Source of the DNA: Candidatus Woesearchaeota archaeon
Lineage (GTDB): Archaea; Nanobdellota; Nanobdellia; Woesearchaeales; UBA583
Length of the DNA stretch: 64,000 nucleotides
Direction: 5' to 3'
NCBI GenBank assembly: GCA_023898345.1
Contig: CP060218.1
Coordinates: 120,753-184,752, forward strand
Part shown: positions 27,430-36,722 of the stretch, piece after piece
Layout of the letters: each line of letters opens with the position of its first letter
How positions within the stretch are numbered: position 1 is the first letter of the stretch
Made by a program: the position numbers and the translations under genes
Notes under the pieces: generated by a model
Database searches by the model: none
What the model was told of the DNA's origin: nothing
What the model saw: the letters and a program-made list of their open reading frames with translations, nothing else

Positions 27430-28315
27430 CAAGAAGGCTCCCTTAATGGGAGTCAGTTGTAAGCTCTCAAACTTCTTCAAAGAATGTGTCTAAAGATTTT
27501 TGTTTGTTTATCTCCATTCTTTTTGCAATCTTATATTTTTCTGCATAGCAAGCATACTCCTTCCATTGGTTTCTGATGTACCCAAAAACTGTTAGTGAAC
27601 TTACATTTCCAATGCTACTTCCAAAGTAGCTTCTACTGAAAAGCTCTTTTTTGAGAGCTTTTCTTAAAATGGGAAACATTTGTACAATCCAGTCTTCAAG
27701 TCTTTGCCGTGTCATCTGAATAAATCTTCTCGGGTCTGTCAAATTATCCAAACTTACGAACATGTGGATGTGTTCTGGCATAACTTCGCATGCGAATACT
27801 TCCCAACCATTTTCCTTTACAATTTCAGGTAGGTAATACGCAATAAGTTCGCGTACTTCTTTGAAGAGCACTTTGCATCTTCCTTTTGTTACGAAAACTA
27901 TGTGGCAGTTTATGAGAAACTTTGCTCTTCGCGAAGTTTTATATCTCTCTAATTTTTCTTCAATATTCTTGCAATACTTTTCTGGATTGAAATGTGTTGC
28001 AGGATCAATGTCTAAAGCCCTTTTTTCAAGGAATCTCACAAGTTTCCAATCTACATTTTTCATGTGGTTTTTGTGTTTTCTTTGTTTCATTTTAGTTTCG
28101 CTTGGGACTTGACTTTCGCCAAGTCCTGAGCTTAAAAGGGCTTTAGAGTAAAGACAACAATATTTCTTTAGCGTAGCGACTCTTGAAAAGAGGAAAGAAT
28201 TATGTTTGATTTACGTCCCTTTATTTCCGAACGAAGTGAGAGTAACTAAATTTCGTTTTAAAAAACAGAATTTGTTGAGACAAAGAGGCTCCCTAAACGG
28301 GAGTTTCTGTTTTTT
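27430..28315 (-). mobile_element. IS200/IS605-family insertion sequence (tnpA only), copy type 2
   Basis: The Y1 transposase gene is flanked by same-orientation hairpins GGCTCCCttaatGGGAGTC (27436-27454) and GGCTCCCtaaacGGGAGTT (28287-28305). The latter is enclosed by AAAAACAGAA/TTCTGTTTTT. A further hairpin GGACTTG...CAAGTCC is at 28105-28126. Exact ends not determined. Confidence 0.7.
27467..28090 (-). CDS. tnpA: IS200/IS605-family Y1 (HUH) transposase TnpA, long form
   Basis: HIVFVTKGR, HUH box EHIHMFVS and a C-terminal Tyr region (GYIRNQW). It has an N-terminal ~55-aa extension relative to 2207..2617. Confidence 0.78.
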   Translation of the reverse strand: MKQRKHKNHMKNVDWKLVRFLEKRALDIDPATHFNPEKYCKNIEEKLERYKTSRRAKFLINCHIVFVTKGRCKVLFKEVRELIAYYLPEIVKENGWEVFACEVMPEHIHMFVSLDNLTDPRRFIQMTRQRLEDWIVQMFPILRKALKKELFSRSYFGSSIGNVSSLTVFGYIRNQWKEYACYAEKYKIAKRMEINKQKSLDTFFEEV

Positions 28316-28323
28316 TAGAAATT

Positions 28324-28623
28324 TCAGAAAATCAAAGATTTTTCACTAAAATCTGGCTGGCCTGCAATTCTTTCCCATTGGTGTCCAGAAGAAAAACATC
28401 CATAAATACCATGCAGAAAATAAGGGGAGTTTATTATCTTTGAAACTATTTCTTTGCTTGATGAGTTGCTACTTTTATGTTGCTTCTGTTTTGCTTCTTC
28501 TTCAAGTTTCTCAAGTGTGGAAAAAATAAATAGTAGGACTTCTTTGTTCCAATCGAAGTTCGCAGTAAATTTCTGCATTCTTTCTAACATTTGGTCTTCA
28601 ATATCGAAGGATATTTTAGCCAT
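28324..28623 (-). CDS. hypothetical protein (possibly the 5' part of a gene split by the IS)
   Basis: 99-aa ORF ending 9 nt from the IS-proximal inverted repeat. No domain recognised. Confidence 0.3.
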   Translation of the reverse strand: MAKISFDIEDQMLERMQKFTANFDWNKEVLLFIFSTLEKLEEEAKQKQHKSSNSSSKEIVSKIINSPYFLHGIYGCFSSGHQWERIAGQPDFSEKSLIF

Positions 28624-28707
28624 AAAGCAAGACTGAGAATTCAGGTTTATATATTTTTTTACCTCTTATTTCTAGAAATGGTCTAGTAAAAGTTAAATTA
28701 AAAAGAA

Positions 28708-28995
28708 TTATTTGCTATTTTCTTGCTCTTCGTCCTCGTCAGAGCCACTGCCGCCAAAGTCAACATCCTGTATAATAATAATGTCTCCAAAAGCTTTGAA
28801 AAACTTTTGAGGAATGATAACGCCCTTGGCGTCTTTAACCTTACTTGAAAGGAGAGAACCTGGAGTTGCTTTTATTTTCCAGCTTTTAATTCTGTTTTCT
28901 TCAATAAGTGCTTCTTCTACTTCTCCGAAGAAATAGCCGGAGTCTGTAAAAACTTTCATCTCGTAGACATCCGAAATTCTTTTGAATCTAGCCAT
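28708..28995 (-). CDS. PRC-barrel domain protein
   Basis: ISDVYEMKVFTDSGYFFGEVEEALIEENRIKSWKI fits the PRC-barrel pattern (V.t..G..lGeV.d..id...g.i). Acidic C-terminal tail. Confidence 0.65.
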   Translation of the reverse strand: MARFKRISDVYEMKVFTDSGYFFGEVEEALIEENRIKSWKIKATPGSLLSSKVKDAKGVIIPQKFFKAFGDIIIIQDVDFGGSGSDEDEEQENSK

Positions 28996-29116
28996 GGTTT
29001 TCTATGATTTCTTTTAGTTTATAAATTTTTTGACTGTCTTTTTCTTTCTCTCAAAGACTTTTTAGTAACTGAGATTGGTAGCGAGTAGAGAAGAGTAAGT
29101 TATTATGGGGTATGTT

Positions 29117-29659
29117 TTAGGGTTTTGCTTTGTCTTCACGCGTAATCCAGTACAGAACACCGCCGATAAGGAGGATGACAACAATTGTCCAGAGAGTCTC
29201 AGATCCGTCAAAAGCATCGAATTGCTCTTGGAGCCAAGTATATATGCCTGTGAACCAGAGAAAAATTCCGAGGAGGGCAAGGAAAGCAAGGCCTGCTGTT
29301 ACCCAGCCAACGATTGTTAATTTTCCGTTGTCCATAAACATTTTGTTCCAGTCTTCGCCAAAGATAAAGCCTAGGGTCATAAGCATAACAAGGAGGAAAA
29401 CAAAAATAAGTACGCTAATTGTTATGAAATTTTGAATGTAGCGAACGGTTTGGAGAGATGCTATGACAAAGAGTCCAAAAACAAATGCAACTATTGCATT
29501 TACATTGCTCTGGCGTTTTTCGTCGCTTCCGTCTTTGAAAGTAAATATTTTTGATTTTTCTAGAATTGCATACATGATTGCATAAATGAGAAGAAATGGT
29601 AAAACGACGTCGAAAAAGCCCCATTCAACGAGATTGTCTATAATCGCTCGTAAGTCCAT
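29117..29659 (-). CDS. polytopic membrane protein (about 5 TM), hypothetical
   Basis: A hydrophobic 180-aa ORF between the two PRC-barrel genes, on the same strand. Confidence 0.55.
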   Translation of the reverse strand: MDLRAIIDNLVEWGFFDVVLPFLLIYAIMYAILEKSKIFTFKDGSDEKRQSNVNAIVAFVFGLFVIASLQTVRYIQNFITISVLIFVFLLVMLMTLGFIFGEDWNKMFMDNGKLTIVGWVTAGLAFLALLGIFLWFTGIYTWLQEQFDAFDGSETLWTIVVILLIGGVLYWITREDKAKP

Positions 29660-29741
29660 ACGTTTTTTTCCAGTTTGTCTTTTTTAAATTTATGTAACTC
29701 ATTTCCATACAAAAAAGAAAAAAATTGTTTCTCAAAAAAAT

Positions 29742-30008
29742 TTAAAGGATGTCTTCTTCAGAAATAACTACAAAATCTCCGATTGCAATAACACTGTGGT
29801 ATGGGACAAGGTGGTCTCCGTTTGTGTCTTTTTCGAGGCTTACGTCCTTAACGTACTTTGTGGGGTTGATGATTGTAAAATCAATGATTTCTCCAGTTTT
29901 TGTATCAAAAACTAGGTCTCCGACTTCTCCAAATTTCTTTCCACTTTTACTTACAACAACTTTTTCGAGGAGTTTCTTTGAAAGGATTTTTTCTTTAGCT
30001 TCTGCCAT
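29742..30008 (-). CDS. PRC-barrel domain protein
   Basis: LLEKVVVSKSGKKFGEVGDLVFDTKTGEIIDFTI is a textbook PRC-barrel core motif. Confidence 0.68.
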   Translation of the reverse strand: MAEAKEKILSKKLLEKVVVSKSGKKFGEVGDLVFDTKTGEIIDFTIINPTKYVKDVSLEKDTNGDHLVPYHSVIAIGDFVVISEEDIL

Positions 30009-30491
30009 AACAGGAGAGTTATCTTTTTTACCTTTATATATCTTTGCTCTTCCTACGCTTTGCTTATGGAGTACTTTTTTTAACTTTAGGAAGAAAACTC
30101 GTAAAACTGGATTTGAGATAACTTTACGTAAATAGTTGGTTTTCCAATTTATTCATAGAAAAAAAATGTCAATGGTGCTAGGTAGACAGCCTTGTGGAAA
30201 TTGAAAGCGAGTTGTCCAACACTTGAACCAATCTCAAGGATTTTATTATCTTTCAACTCTAAATCCTGAATCTTGAACTTAACGATTTTTGATTGTTGAT
30301 GTCTAAGCTTTAAACTTTTAGTTTTGAGCTCTGAATGTACCAAATCCCTTGGTGAATTTCAATGTTTCTACATTAAAACTAAGGAGTCGAACCCTAAGTT
30401 GTGATCAATATTCAGTTGATCTTAATGTTCTCAATTGAGAACGAAGAGACAACAATTTACAATTTTCGTCTATCTAGCACCTAAGTAATTT

Positions 30492-31112
30492 TTATACATT
30501 TATTTTGGTAATTGTGTTTGCTTCTGATAACTTGAAATCTACTTCTTCTTCAAATTTTGTGATTTTCTCCTCAAGTTTTTCTATGGCCTTTGCAACCTTG
30601 ATGGGGTCAACTATTTTATATTCATTTTGTTCCAAATAGGGTTTTGAGATTGCTTCAACATCCTTATCAGAACTTTTACTTTCTTTTCCAAAATTTGCTT
30701 CTAGAAGCTTGTCAAGTTTTTCCTTAACTTTTTCGTTGTTTGTTTCAAGGTTTTCTTTAACTCTATTAAACTGATACTTCAGCTTTCCTAAAAGTAGTTT
30801 TTCATACTTTATACTATTTTTTCTCTCAATTGCTTGGGCAAGAGTCATGTTTTCTCCGGCAACAGTCAATGTTGATTTTGCGTTAGCATCAACGATTGCA
30901 GTTTTAAGTTTATTTCTAAGGTCTATGAGATCATTTACTTTCTGATATGCACTTTTTGCCTCTTGTTCAAACTCTTTATTTGAAGCAAAACCAACAACTG
31001 CTTTTTTGCCGTGTGTAAGTTCAACAAAGTATGCTTCTTCAATTGATTTTTCAATTCTTTTATCAAGTGTCTTTAATTTTGCTAGTGCTTGTGTAAGTGT
31101 AATTTCCTCCAT
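30492..31112 (-). CDS. coiled-coil protein, hypothetical
   Basis: Start set at MEEITLTQALAKLKTLDKRIE (31112), with ttatatattt ~25 nt upstream. It is vaguely reminiscent of DIP1984/septicolysin-like helical proteins, but that is not a supported call. Confidence 0.5.
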   Translation of the reverse strand: MEEITLTQALAKLKTLDKRIEKSIEEAYFVELTHGKKAVVGFASNKEFEQEAKSAYQKVNDLIDLRNKLKTAIVDANAKSTLTVAGENMTLAQAIERKNSIKYEKLLLGKLKYQFNRVKENLETNNEKVKEKLDKLLEANFGKESKSSDKDVEAISKPYLEQNEYKIVDPIKVAKAIEKLEEKITKFEEEVDFKLSEANTITKINV

Positions 31113-31428
31113 AAAAAAGGTTTTTCTCAAAAATATATAAATGTTTGTCAATTATTTTTCATATTTTCAGAGAAATTTTGTAGATTTATTAAAAAATTTT
31201 TCAGTTATTGGGAAAAAGATCTATTTTTTCGATGTTTACAACTATAGGTTTAGAGTCTTACATTTTATCTTTTATCGGACCTCAAATTATGATTTTTTCT
31301 TGGAAGTATTTTCTTTCAATGCTATCTGGGGGTTCACACCAACAAAATACTCCTTCTCACTCTTTTCCTCTGTCTCTTCTTATCCTTCTCTACGGTGTCC
31401 TTATAAATTCAGAATGAATCTTTACTGT

Positions 31429-32496
31429 ATGGCTGCTTTTTCAATTCCACTTCCTGAAAGTTCAGAATCTCTTTTTTCCCGAGTCTTTGAAGCAATGGAG
31501 GCACAGGCCCTTAAGGAAAAGGAGGATATTTCTGAGCGTTTTTCTAAGTCGGCTTCAACACAGAAGAAAACAAAGGAGGATGTGATGCTTGAAAAGCGAA
31601 AAGATCTTGAACTTTCCAAAATTCGTTATCTCAATGTTGGTATTAATAAGCGACTGCGCAAAATTGTAGCTTCTTTTCCTAAACTACGAAAAATTCATCC
31701 TTTGTACATTGACCTTCTTGATACAACTTCGTATACCGCGCAGGGTCTGTCTGATGCTCTGGAAATTGTAAGGCTCATAGGAGATAGGATTGATGAGCTA
31801 ACGACGCAGTTTGAACATAGATTAAAGTATGCTAAGTCTTCGCAGACTGTTGGTTATCTCATTAAGAAATATTTTGGGAGAGTACATGCAGTTTTTGAAA
31901 GAGATTCTGAGGCTTTTTCTCTTCTTCGAGAGGCTGCTGTCTATTTGAATTCTCTTGCAAAATATGAGGATATGTTCACTGTTTCTATAGCCGGGTTTCC
32001 AAATGTTGGGAAGTCAACTTTGATGAAACATATCTCACACAGTGATGTTGAGATTCAACCTTATCCTTTTACGACAAAGGGACTTATGTTTGCTTATCTT
32101 GGAACTGGTAATCTTCGAAGTGTGCAACTTGTTGATACGCCTGGACTTTTAGGTAGGGAGCTTTCAAATGAGATTGAACTTAAGGCTCAAGTTATTATTA
32201 CTTCCTATTCTTCTTTGCTTGTTTTTGTTATTGATTGCACTTTGGCTTGTGGTTACGATACGGCTCAGCAAAAAGAACTTCTCGAACAAGTTCTTGATTT
32301 GAAGAAAGAAACTTATCTGTATTTTAGCAAAACAGATTTGTACAATGCTGATGCTTCAAAGCGAAGGAAACTTTTTGAAAAAGAGTTTTCTTCTTGTACT
32401 GTTTTTGACAATGGTGAAGATTTGAAAGACGCTTTGCTGAAACGACAGATGAAAGAATCAAAAAGTTTTGATATCCGAAATATTCAGAGAATTTAA
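31429..32496 (+). CDS. NOG1-family GTP-binding protein
   Basis: G1 GFPNVGKSTLMK, G3 DTPGLL and G4 SKTD, after an N-terminal helical NOG1-type domain. The cttataaatt box centred ~24 nt upstream favours the ATG at 31429 over 31414 or the track start 31141. Confidence 0.8.
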   Translation: MAAFSIPLPESSESLFSRVFEAMEAQALKEKEDISERFSKSASTQKKTKEDVMLEKRKDLELSKIRYLNVGINKRLRKIVASFPKLRKIHPLYIDLLDTTSYTAQGLSDALEIVRLIGDRIDELTTQFEHRLKYAKSSQTVGYLIKKYFGRVHAVFERDSEAFSLLREAAVYLNSLAKYEDMFTVSIAGFPNVGKSTLMKHISHSDVEIQPYPFTTKGLMFAYLGTGNLRSVQLVDTPGLLGRELSNEIELKAQVIITSYSSLLVFVIDCTLACGYDTAQQKELLEQVLDLKKETYLYFSKTDLYNADASKRRKLFEKEFSSCTVFDNGEDLKDALLKRQMKESKSFDIRNIQRI

Positions 32497-32927
32497 GTTT
32501 TGAGGTGTGAAAATTGTTCTGGTCCTCTGTATGGTTTTTCAATGTTTTTTATTCTTTGTAATGCAATTTTTGCAGACTCGGAAATGAGTTTTACTTTGCT
32601 TTGTTTTTGTTCTTCTAGAAAGGGGATATCTTCTTCGTTGGCAATTGTTCCTAGTGCGAGTATGGCTTCATGTTTGACGATTCCTGAGGGGTCAGAAATG
32701 ATTGCTTTTCGAAGATTTTCGCGGTGTTCATATGCTGCTGTTTCTCCTAAGACAAATGCAGCTTCATGTCGTACAATTTCACAGGGATCGTTTTCTAAAG
32801 TTTTGATGATTGCTTCGAGGCTTTCTTTGTCGCCGATGTTCATTAATTGAAACAGTGCTTGGATTCTTTCTTCTTGGAGTGAGTTTTTATTTTGGAGGAG
32901 TGTAATAAACTTTTTTTTTAGGTTCAT
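32493..32927 (-). CDS. HEAT (PBS-lyase-type) repeat protein
   Basis: Repeated VRHEAAFVLGE / VKHEAILALGTI units. Confidence 0.6.
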   Translation of the reverse strand: MNLKKKFITLLQNKNSLQEERIQALFQLMNIGDKESLEAIIKTLENDPCEIVRHEAAFVLGETAAYEHRENLRKAIISDPSGIVKHEAILALGTIANEEDIPFLEEQKQSKVKLISESAKIALQRIKNIEKPYRGPEQFSHLKT

Positions 32928-33016
32928 TTTTTTCTTTGTTTAAGATCTTTTATCAATGTTTTGTTCTCATGGAAAAGTCAAGATGTGGGACTCTGTCTAT
33001 TCATTCAAATTGAAAA

Positions 33017-33105
33017 GTAAAGAAATCGCTAAAATGTGTCTATTCCAATCGGAGCCGAGCTCCGGGGCCTTACAGCAATTTTCAAGATGAAATTTCTAAC
33101 TCCTG
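33017..33105 (+). repeat. repeated intergenic element, copy B (with candidate micro-ORF 33034-33090)
   Basis: gtaaagaaatcgctaaaATGtgtctattccaatcggagccgagctccggggccttacagcaattttcaagatga aligns with copy A at 18469. Confidence 0.6.
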
Positions 33106-33191
33106 GCTGGGCTTGGGCAATCTTTTATTATTAGTTTTAAGGATGCCTCAAAAGCTTGCCTTGGAGATAGTCTTTTTTGGCAATTTCTCTT

Positions 33192-34022
33192 TTATTTTGC
33201 AAGTTCGACAGAATCTTCACAAAGCCGTAGAAGTTTATCTTTTTCCATTTTCATAAGAATCTCTTGTAAATCCTCTCTTTGAGGAAGAAGTTTGTAAAGC
33301 TTCTCTTTTTTTTCACTTTTATTTTCAAGTAAGTGTTTGAGAATAATCGAGCGAATTTGTCTTGTTGAACCTTCAAACTTACTTTGTTTTGTTAGAGGTG
33401 AAATTCCACTTTTTCGTGCAGTTAATTCAAGGGCTGCGTAGTCCATAACTGCGTTGTGCCATATTCTACTTCTTCCTTTTGGTATGAGTTCTTTTGCATA
33501 GTATTCTAGCTCTGGCGTTTTTGTGTCGATAGGAAGGGCAAGTTTTGAGAGGAGGATTCTGCGGATATTTGTGTCAATGACGGGAACCTCTTGATTGTAT
33601 GCAAATGCTAAGATTGCTCTTGCTGTGTAGGGTCCAATTCCTGAAAGTTTGAGGAGCTCTTCTTCTTTTGGGATTTCTTTTTCAGTGAAAAAAATTGGAT
33701 TTGTTTTTTGTTTTTCGAGGATTTCTTTGCAGCATGTCTGTAGACGCAGTACTCTGTTGTTGTAACCAAGTCCTTGCCAAAGGCGAAGAAGTTTGTCTTT
33801 TGGGCAGAAAGCAAGATTTGGAAGTTTAGGGAATTCTTTTAGGAATATATTATAGTAGGTTTGTACTCTGGTTGTTTGAGTTTGTTGGAGCATAACTTCA
33901 CTTAGGAGGATGTGGTAGGGATTTGTCGTCTGCCGCCATGCAAACTCTCTTTTGTTTTTTTCATAAAATGCAAGTATTTCTTCTTGGATCTCTTTTTTTT
34001 TGTTTTTACTGACTTCTCTCAT
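33192..34022 (-). CDS. HhH-GPD DNA glycosylase (MutY/EndoIII-like), no Fe-S cluster motif seen
   Basis: FAWRQTTNPYHILLSEVMLQQTQ, HhH LSGIGPYTARAILAFAY, VIDTNIRRIL. The region where MutY/Nth carry CX6CX2CX5C has no Cys (AALELTARKSGISPL). Confidence 0.78.
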   Translation of the reverse strand: MREVSKNKKKEIQEEILAFYEKNKREFAWRQTTNPYHILLSEVMLQQTQTTRVQTYYNIFLKEFPKLPNLAFCPKDKLLRLWQGLGYNNRVLRLQTCCKEILEKQKTNPIFFTEKEIPKEEELLKLSGIGPYTARAILAFAYNQEVPVIDTNIRRILLSKLALPIDTKTPELEYYAKELIPKGRSRIWHNAVMDYAALELTARKSGISPLTKQSKFEGSTRQIRSIILKHLLENKSEKKEKLYKLLPQREDLQEILMKMEKDKLLRLCEDSVELAK

Positions 34023-34122
34023 TTTTATGTTTCTTTTTTCCTTTTCAAAAATACTCTCTTCTTTCTTTGATAATCTCTCGAAGTCTTTTCCTTGTTTATT
34101 TGTTATTCATTCTCTCTTAGTA

Positions 34123-36666
34123 ATGATAAAATCTCATAAACAAACTTTCTCTTTATTTTTTATGTTTCGCAAACTGAGTTGTCTTTTCTCTCTTGTCATT
34201 CTTTTTTCTTGTTTTACTCTGGTTTTTTCAGATGATACTCTGGAGATAAGTTCGCCAGGATATTTTGGTGAGCAAACAAATGAGTTTAGTAGTATTCATT
34301 ATCTTGATAATGAGTTTCTTTCTTTCAACTTTTGTTCTCTGGACAATGTTACTGACTTAAATTTTTCTCTTGTTTGTCCTTCTTCTTATTTTGAAACGCT
34401 GAGTTTTGTTAAGGATTTTTCTTATGTTGGTTCTGGTGCTTGTTATTATAGTAACTTTGATTTAAGGAATAGGCCTTGTGATGACTTTACTCTGAAGATT
34501 GAGTATTCAGCAAATGCAATTGAAAAGCAGTTTGAGAGAACTTTTGAAAGGGAAAAGGAATCGAAACTTTTGAACTATGTGCTTTCTAAAGATTATTCTT
34601 CTTTATCTTCTTTGGATGCTAGTTATTATCTTATTGTTCTTGGTGATCTTGAGGGTGTTGATAGTGCTGATTCTAGTAGGGTTTATGAAAAGCTTAAAGA
34701 GGACCGAAATAACAATGATAAATGTTGGCCTAGTTCTAGTTGTAGTATTCATGAAACGAGTTCTATCCTTAGTAATTTGGATTTTGCTGGCTATGATTTG
34801 ACTACTCGGCTTCTTGATGATGGAAAAACGTATGTTGAAAAAAATATTATTGACAATGAAAATACTGAACTTGATTTTACTATTGAATTAGATCATGACT
34901 TTGACTCTGATGAAGAAATTGAGTGTGTTTTGACGATTGATGATGATGCGGAGGACGACTATACTTTTGATGAAGATAGTTCTGTTAAAGTCACTGATAG
35001 TGCTGCAAAAAGTGTGGAGTTTGAATGTAATGCAAGTATTGACAGTATAGATTTTAAACTTGAGAATCTTGAGGGAAATGTTCAAGTTGAGGAAACATAT
35101 GACGATGTTAGTTCTTTTACGTATACCTTAGAAGAATTTGCTTGTATTGGTAGGGGGAGTACTTGTGATTATGATGATACTATCCAGTCGATGACTATTT
35201 ATAGTTCTGCACTTGATGATGCTTCGCTTTTCGATTCTTATCTTACTAGTATGTTTGACGTTGATGGTGAACAGATTAGGGTGGATGCTGGAGATGATAT
35301 TAGGGATACTGGAAAGTATTTGTATTACAAGAATGATGAGGATCTTGCTAATTTTCTAAAATTTGAGCAAAATAATGATGGGTCTTGGGGAAGTGGGACG
35401 AGTACTCAAAGAATTGAAAAAACTGCGTGGGCTATTTTAGGGCTTCAGGAATATTCTTCTAGTAGTGAGTATGTTGGTGATGGAAAAAAATGGATTTACT
35501 TTAATGAGCCTACAGGGGGATGGGGATCCTTGAAGAATAATGCTTTGGCGTATCTAGCAATTAAGGAGCAAATCAAACCTTATTTAATAATTGATACTTT
35601 TATGGATGTTGGAAGTGAGAGGGAAATTACTCTTCAAAATCCGACGATTCATAATCTTAAAAAAGTTCAGTTTGAAGTTAGTGAGTCTGTACGGCCTTTT
35701 GTCTCGTATGTTCAGGATTTGGGGGATCTTGATGGAGAGAGTAGTGTTACGATGAATCTTTCTGTAAATGATAATGTATATGGGACGGTCACAGGAGATT
35801 TGTTGGTGAAGGGTTATGATGGAAAGAATCAACCGCTTGAATTATTGAGGATGCCTTTTAACATTATGGGGGAGGCTCCTTTTTCTTTTTTGACTTCTGT
35901 TGTAAAAATTATTCCTGAGGTTCCAAGTGTAAGACTGAGGACTAGTTCTCCTCTTAGTTCAAGTGCTGAAATTTCTTGTTCTTATGTCAATCCTTTTACT
36001 GGCGCTCAAGAGCAAGTTGTTCTTTCTGGAAATGAAAGTACTGTTCTGTTGGATAATCCTCAGGCTTTGGGCGGCTCTTTTAATATGAGTTTTGTTTGTG
36101 AGTATAATGCTAATCGTTTTACTGTTGATCATTCTTTTGAAGTGATTTCTATTCCTGAATCCTTTTCTGTCAGTGGGTTGGAGGGTGGAATCTATGCTTT
36201 AAGTTCTTGGGAGAATTTTTCTTTGCCTGTCGTAAGTGAGGCCCAAGAGGCTCAAACTCTTACATTTTCAATTGAGGGAAGTATGGATGGGAATATTTTT
36301 CCAAGTGAGGAGACAAAGATTCTGGCGGCTGATGATACTAGGGATGTTTTTTTTGGTGTAGATGGTTCTCCTGAGTTTCTTCTTGCTCTTGGAAATGAGA
36401 CAAATGTTGGTTATTTGGTAATAAGCTCTTCTACTGGCTACGAAAAAAAGATTCCCGTTGTTCTTGCTTTTGATTCTGTACCTGTAGCAAAAAGTGGTCT
36501 CTCTTTTTGGGTGTGGTTTCTTATTATTCTTTTTTGTGCCGGACTTATTGCTTTGTTTGTTGTTCGTTATATTCGTTTACAAAAGGAACAAGAAGCAAAT
36601 CCTCAGGAAGAGGAAGGGGGGATTTATTTTGATGAAATGGATTTTGAAAATTATGGGAAAAAATAG
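34123..36666 (+). CDS. large surface protein with prenyltransferase/terpene-cyclase-like repeats and a C-terminal TM anchor
   Basis: Signal/TM (LSCLFSLVILFSCFTLVFS), NNDGSWGSGTSTQRIEKTAWAILGL and GGWGSLKNNALAYLAI (alpha-alpha-toroid repeat motifs), C-terminal FWVWFLIILFCAGLIALFVV. Start set at 34123; 34162 is also possible. Confidence 0.62.
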   Translation: MIKSHKQTFSLFFMFRKLSCLFSLVILFSCFTLVFSDDTLEISSPGYFGEQTNEFSSIHYLDNEFLSFNFCSLDNVTDLNFSLVCPSSYFETLSFVKDFSYVGSGACYYSNFDLRNRPCDDFTLKIEYSANAIEKQFERTFEREKESKLLNYVLSKDYSSLSSLDASYYLIVLGDLEGVDSADSSRVYEKLKEDRNNNDKCWPSSSCSIHETSSILSNLDFAGYDLTTRLLDDGKTYVEKNIIDNENTELDFTIELDHDFDSDEEIECVLTIDDDAEDDYTFDEDSSVKVTDSAAKSVEFECNASIDSIDFKLENLEGNVQVEETYDDVSSFTYTLEEFACIGRGSTCDYDDTIQSMTIYSSALDDASLFDSYLTSMFDVDGEQIRVDAGDDIRDTGKYLYYKNDEDLANFLKFEQNNDGSWGSGTSTQRIEKTAWAILGLQEYSSSSEYVGDGKKWIYFNEPTGGWGSLKNNALAYLAIKEQIKPYLIIDTFMDVGSEREITLQNPTIHNLKKVQFEVSESVRPFVSYVQDLGDLDGESSVTMNLSVNDNVYGTVTGDLLVKGYDGKNQPLELLRMPFNIMGEAPFSFLTSVVKIIPEVPSVRLRTSSPLSSSAEISCSYVNPFTGAQEQVVLSGNESTVLLDNPQALGGSFNMSFVCEYNANRFTVDHSFEVISIPESFSVSGLEGGIYALSSWENFSLPVVSEAQEAQTLTFSIEGSMDGNIFPSEETKILAADDTRDVFFGVDGSPEFLLALGNETNVGYLVISSSTGYEKKIPVVLAFDSVPVAKSGLSFWVWFLIILFCAGLIALFVVRYIRLQKEQEANPQEEEGGIYFDEMDFENYGKK

Positions 36667-36692
36667 GGCATTTTTAGGGTAGTCTGAATAAA

Positions 36693-36702
36693 TTTTATAA
36701 AG
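36693..36702 (+). promoter_or_regulatory. archaeal TATA box of pepA
   Basis: ttttataaag centred ~25 nt upstream of the ATG at 36723. Confidence 0.5.
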
Positions 36703-36722
36703 TTCTTTTTTGTTCTTTTCCT

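Noticed and set aside
30380-30442. tRNA-like elements on the minus strand (ttagggttcgactccttag T-arm-like; gatcaaCTGAATAttgatc hairpin with a GAA triplet in a 7-nt loop)
   Set aside because: The acceptor strands do not pair (tcttcgt against gttttaa), spacing is non-canonical and position 37 would be a pyrimidine. Not a tRNA by eye.
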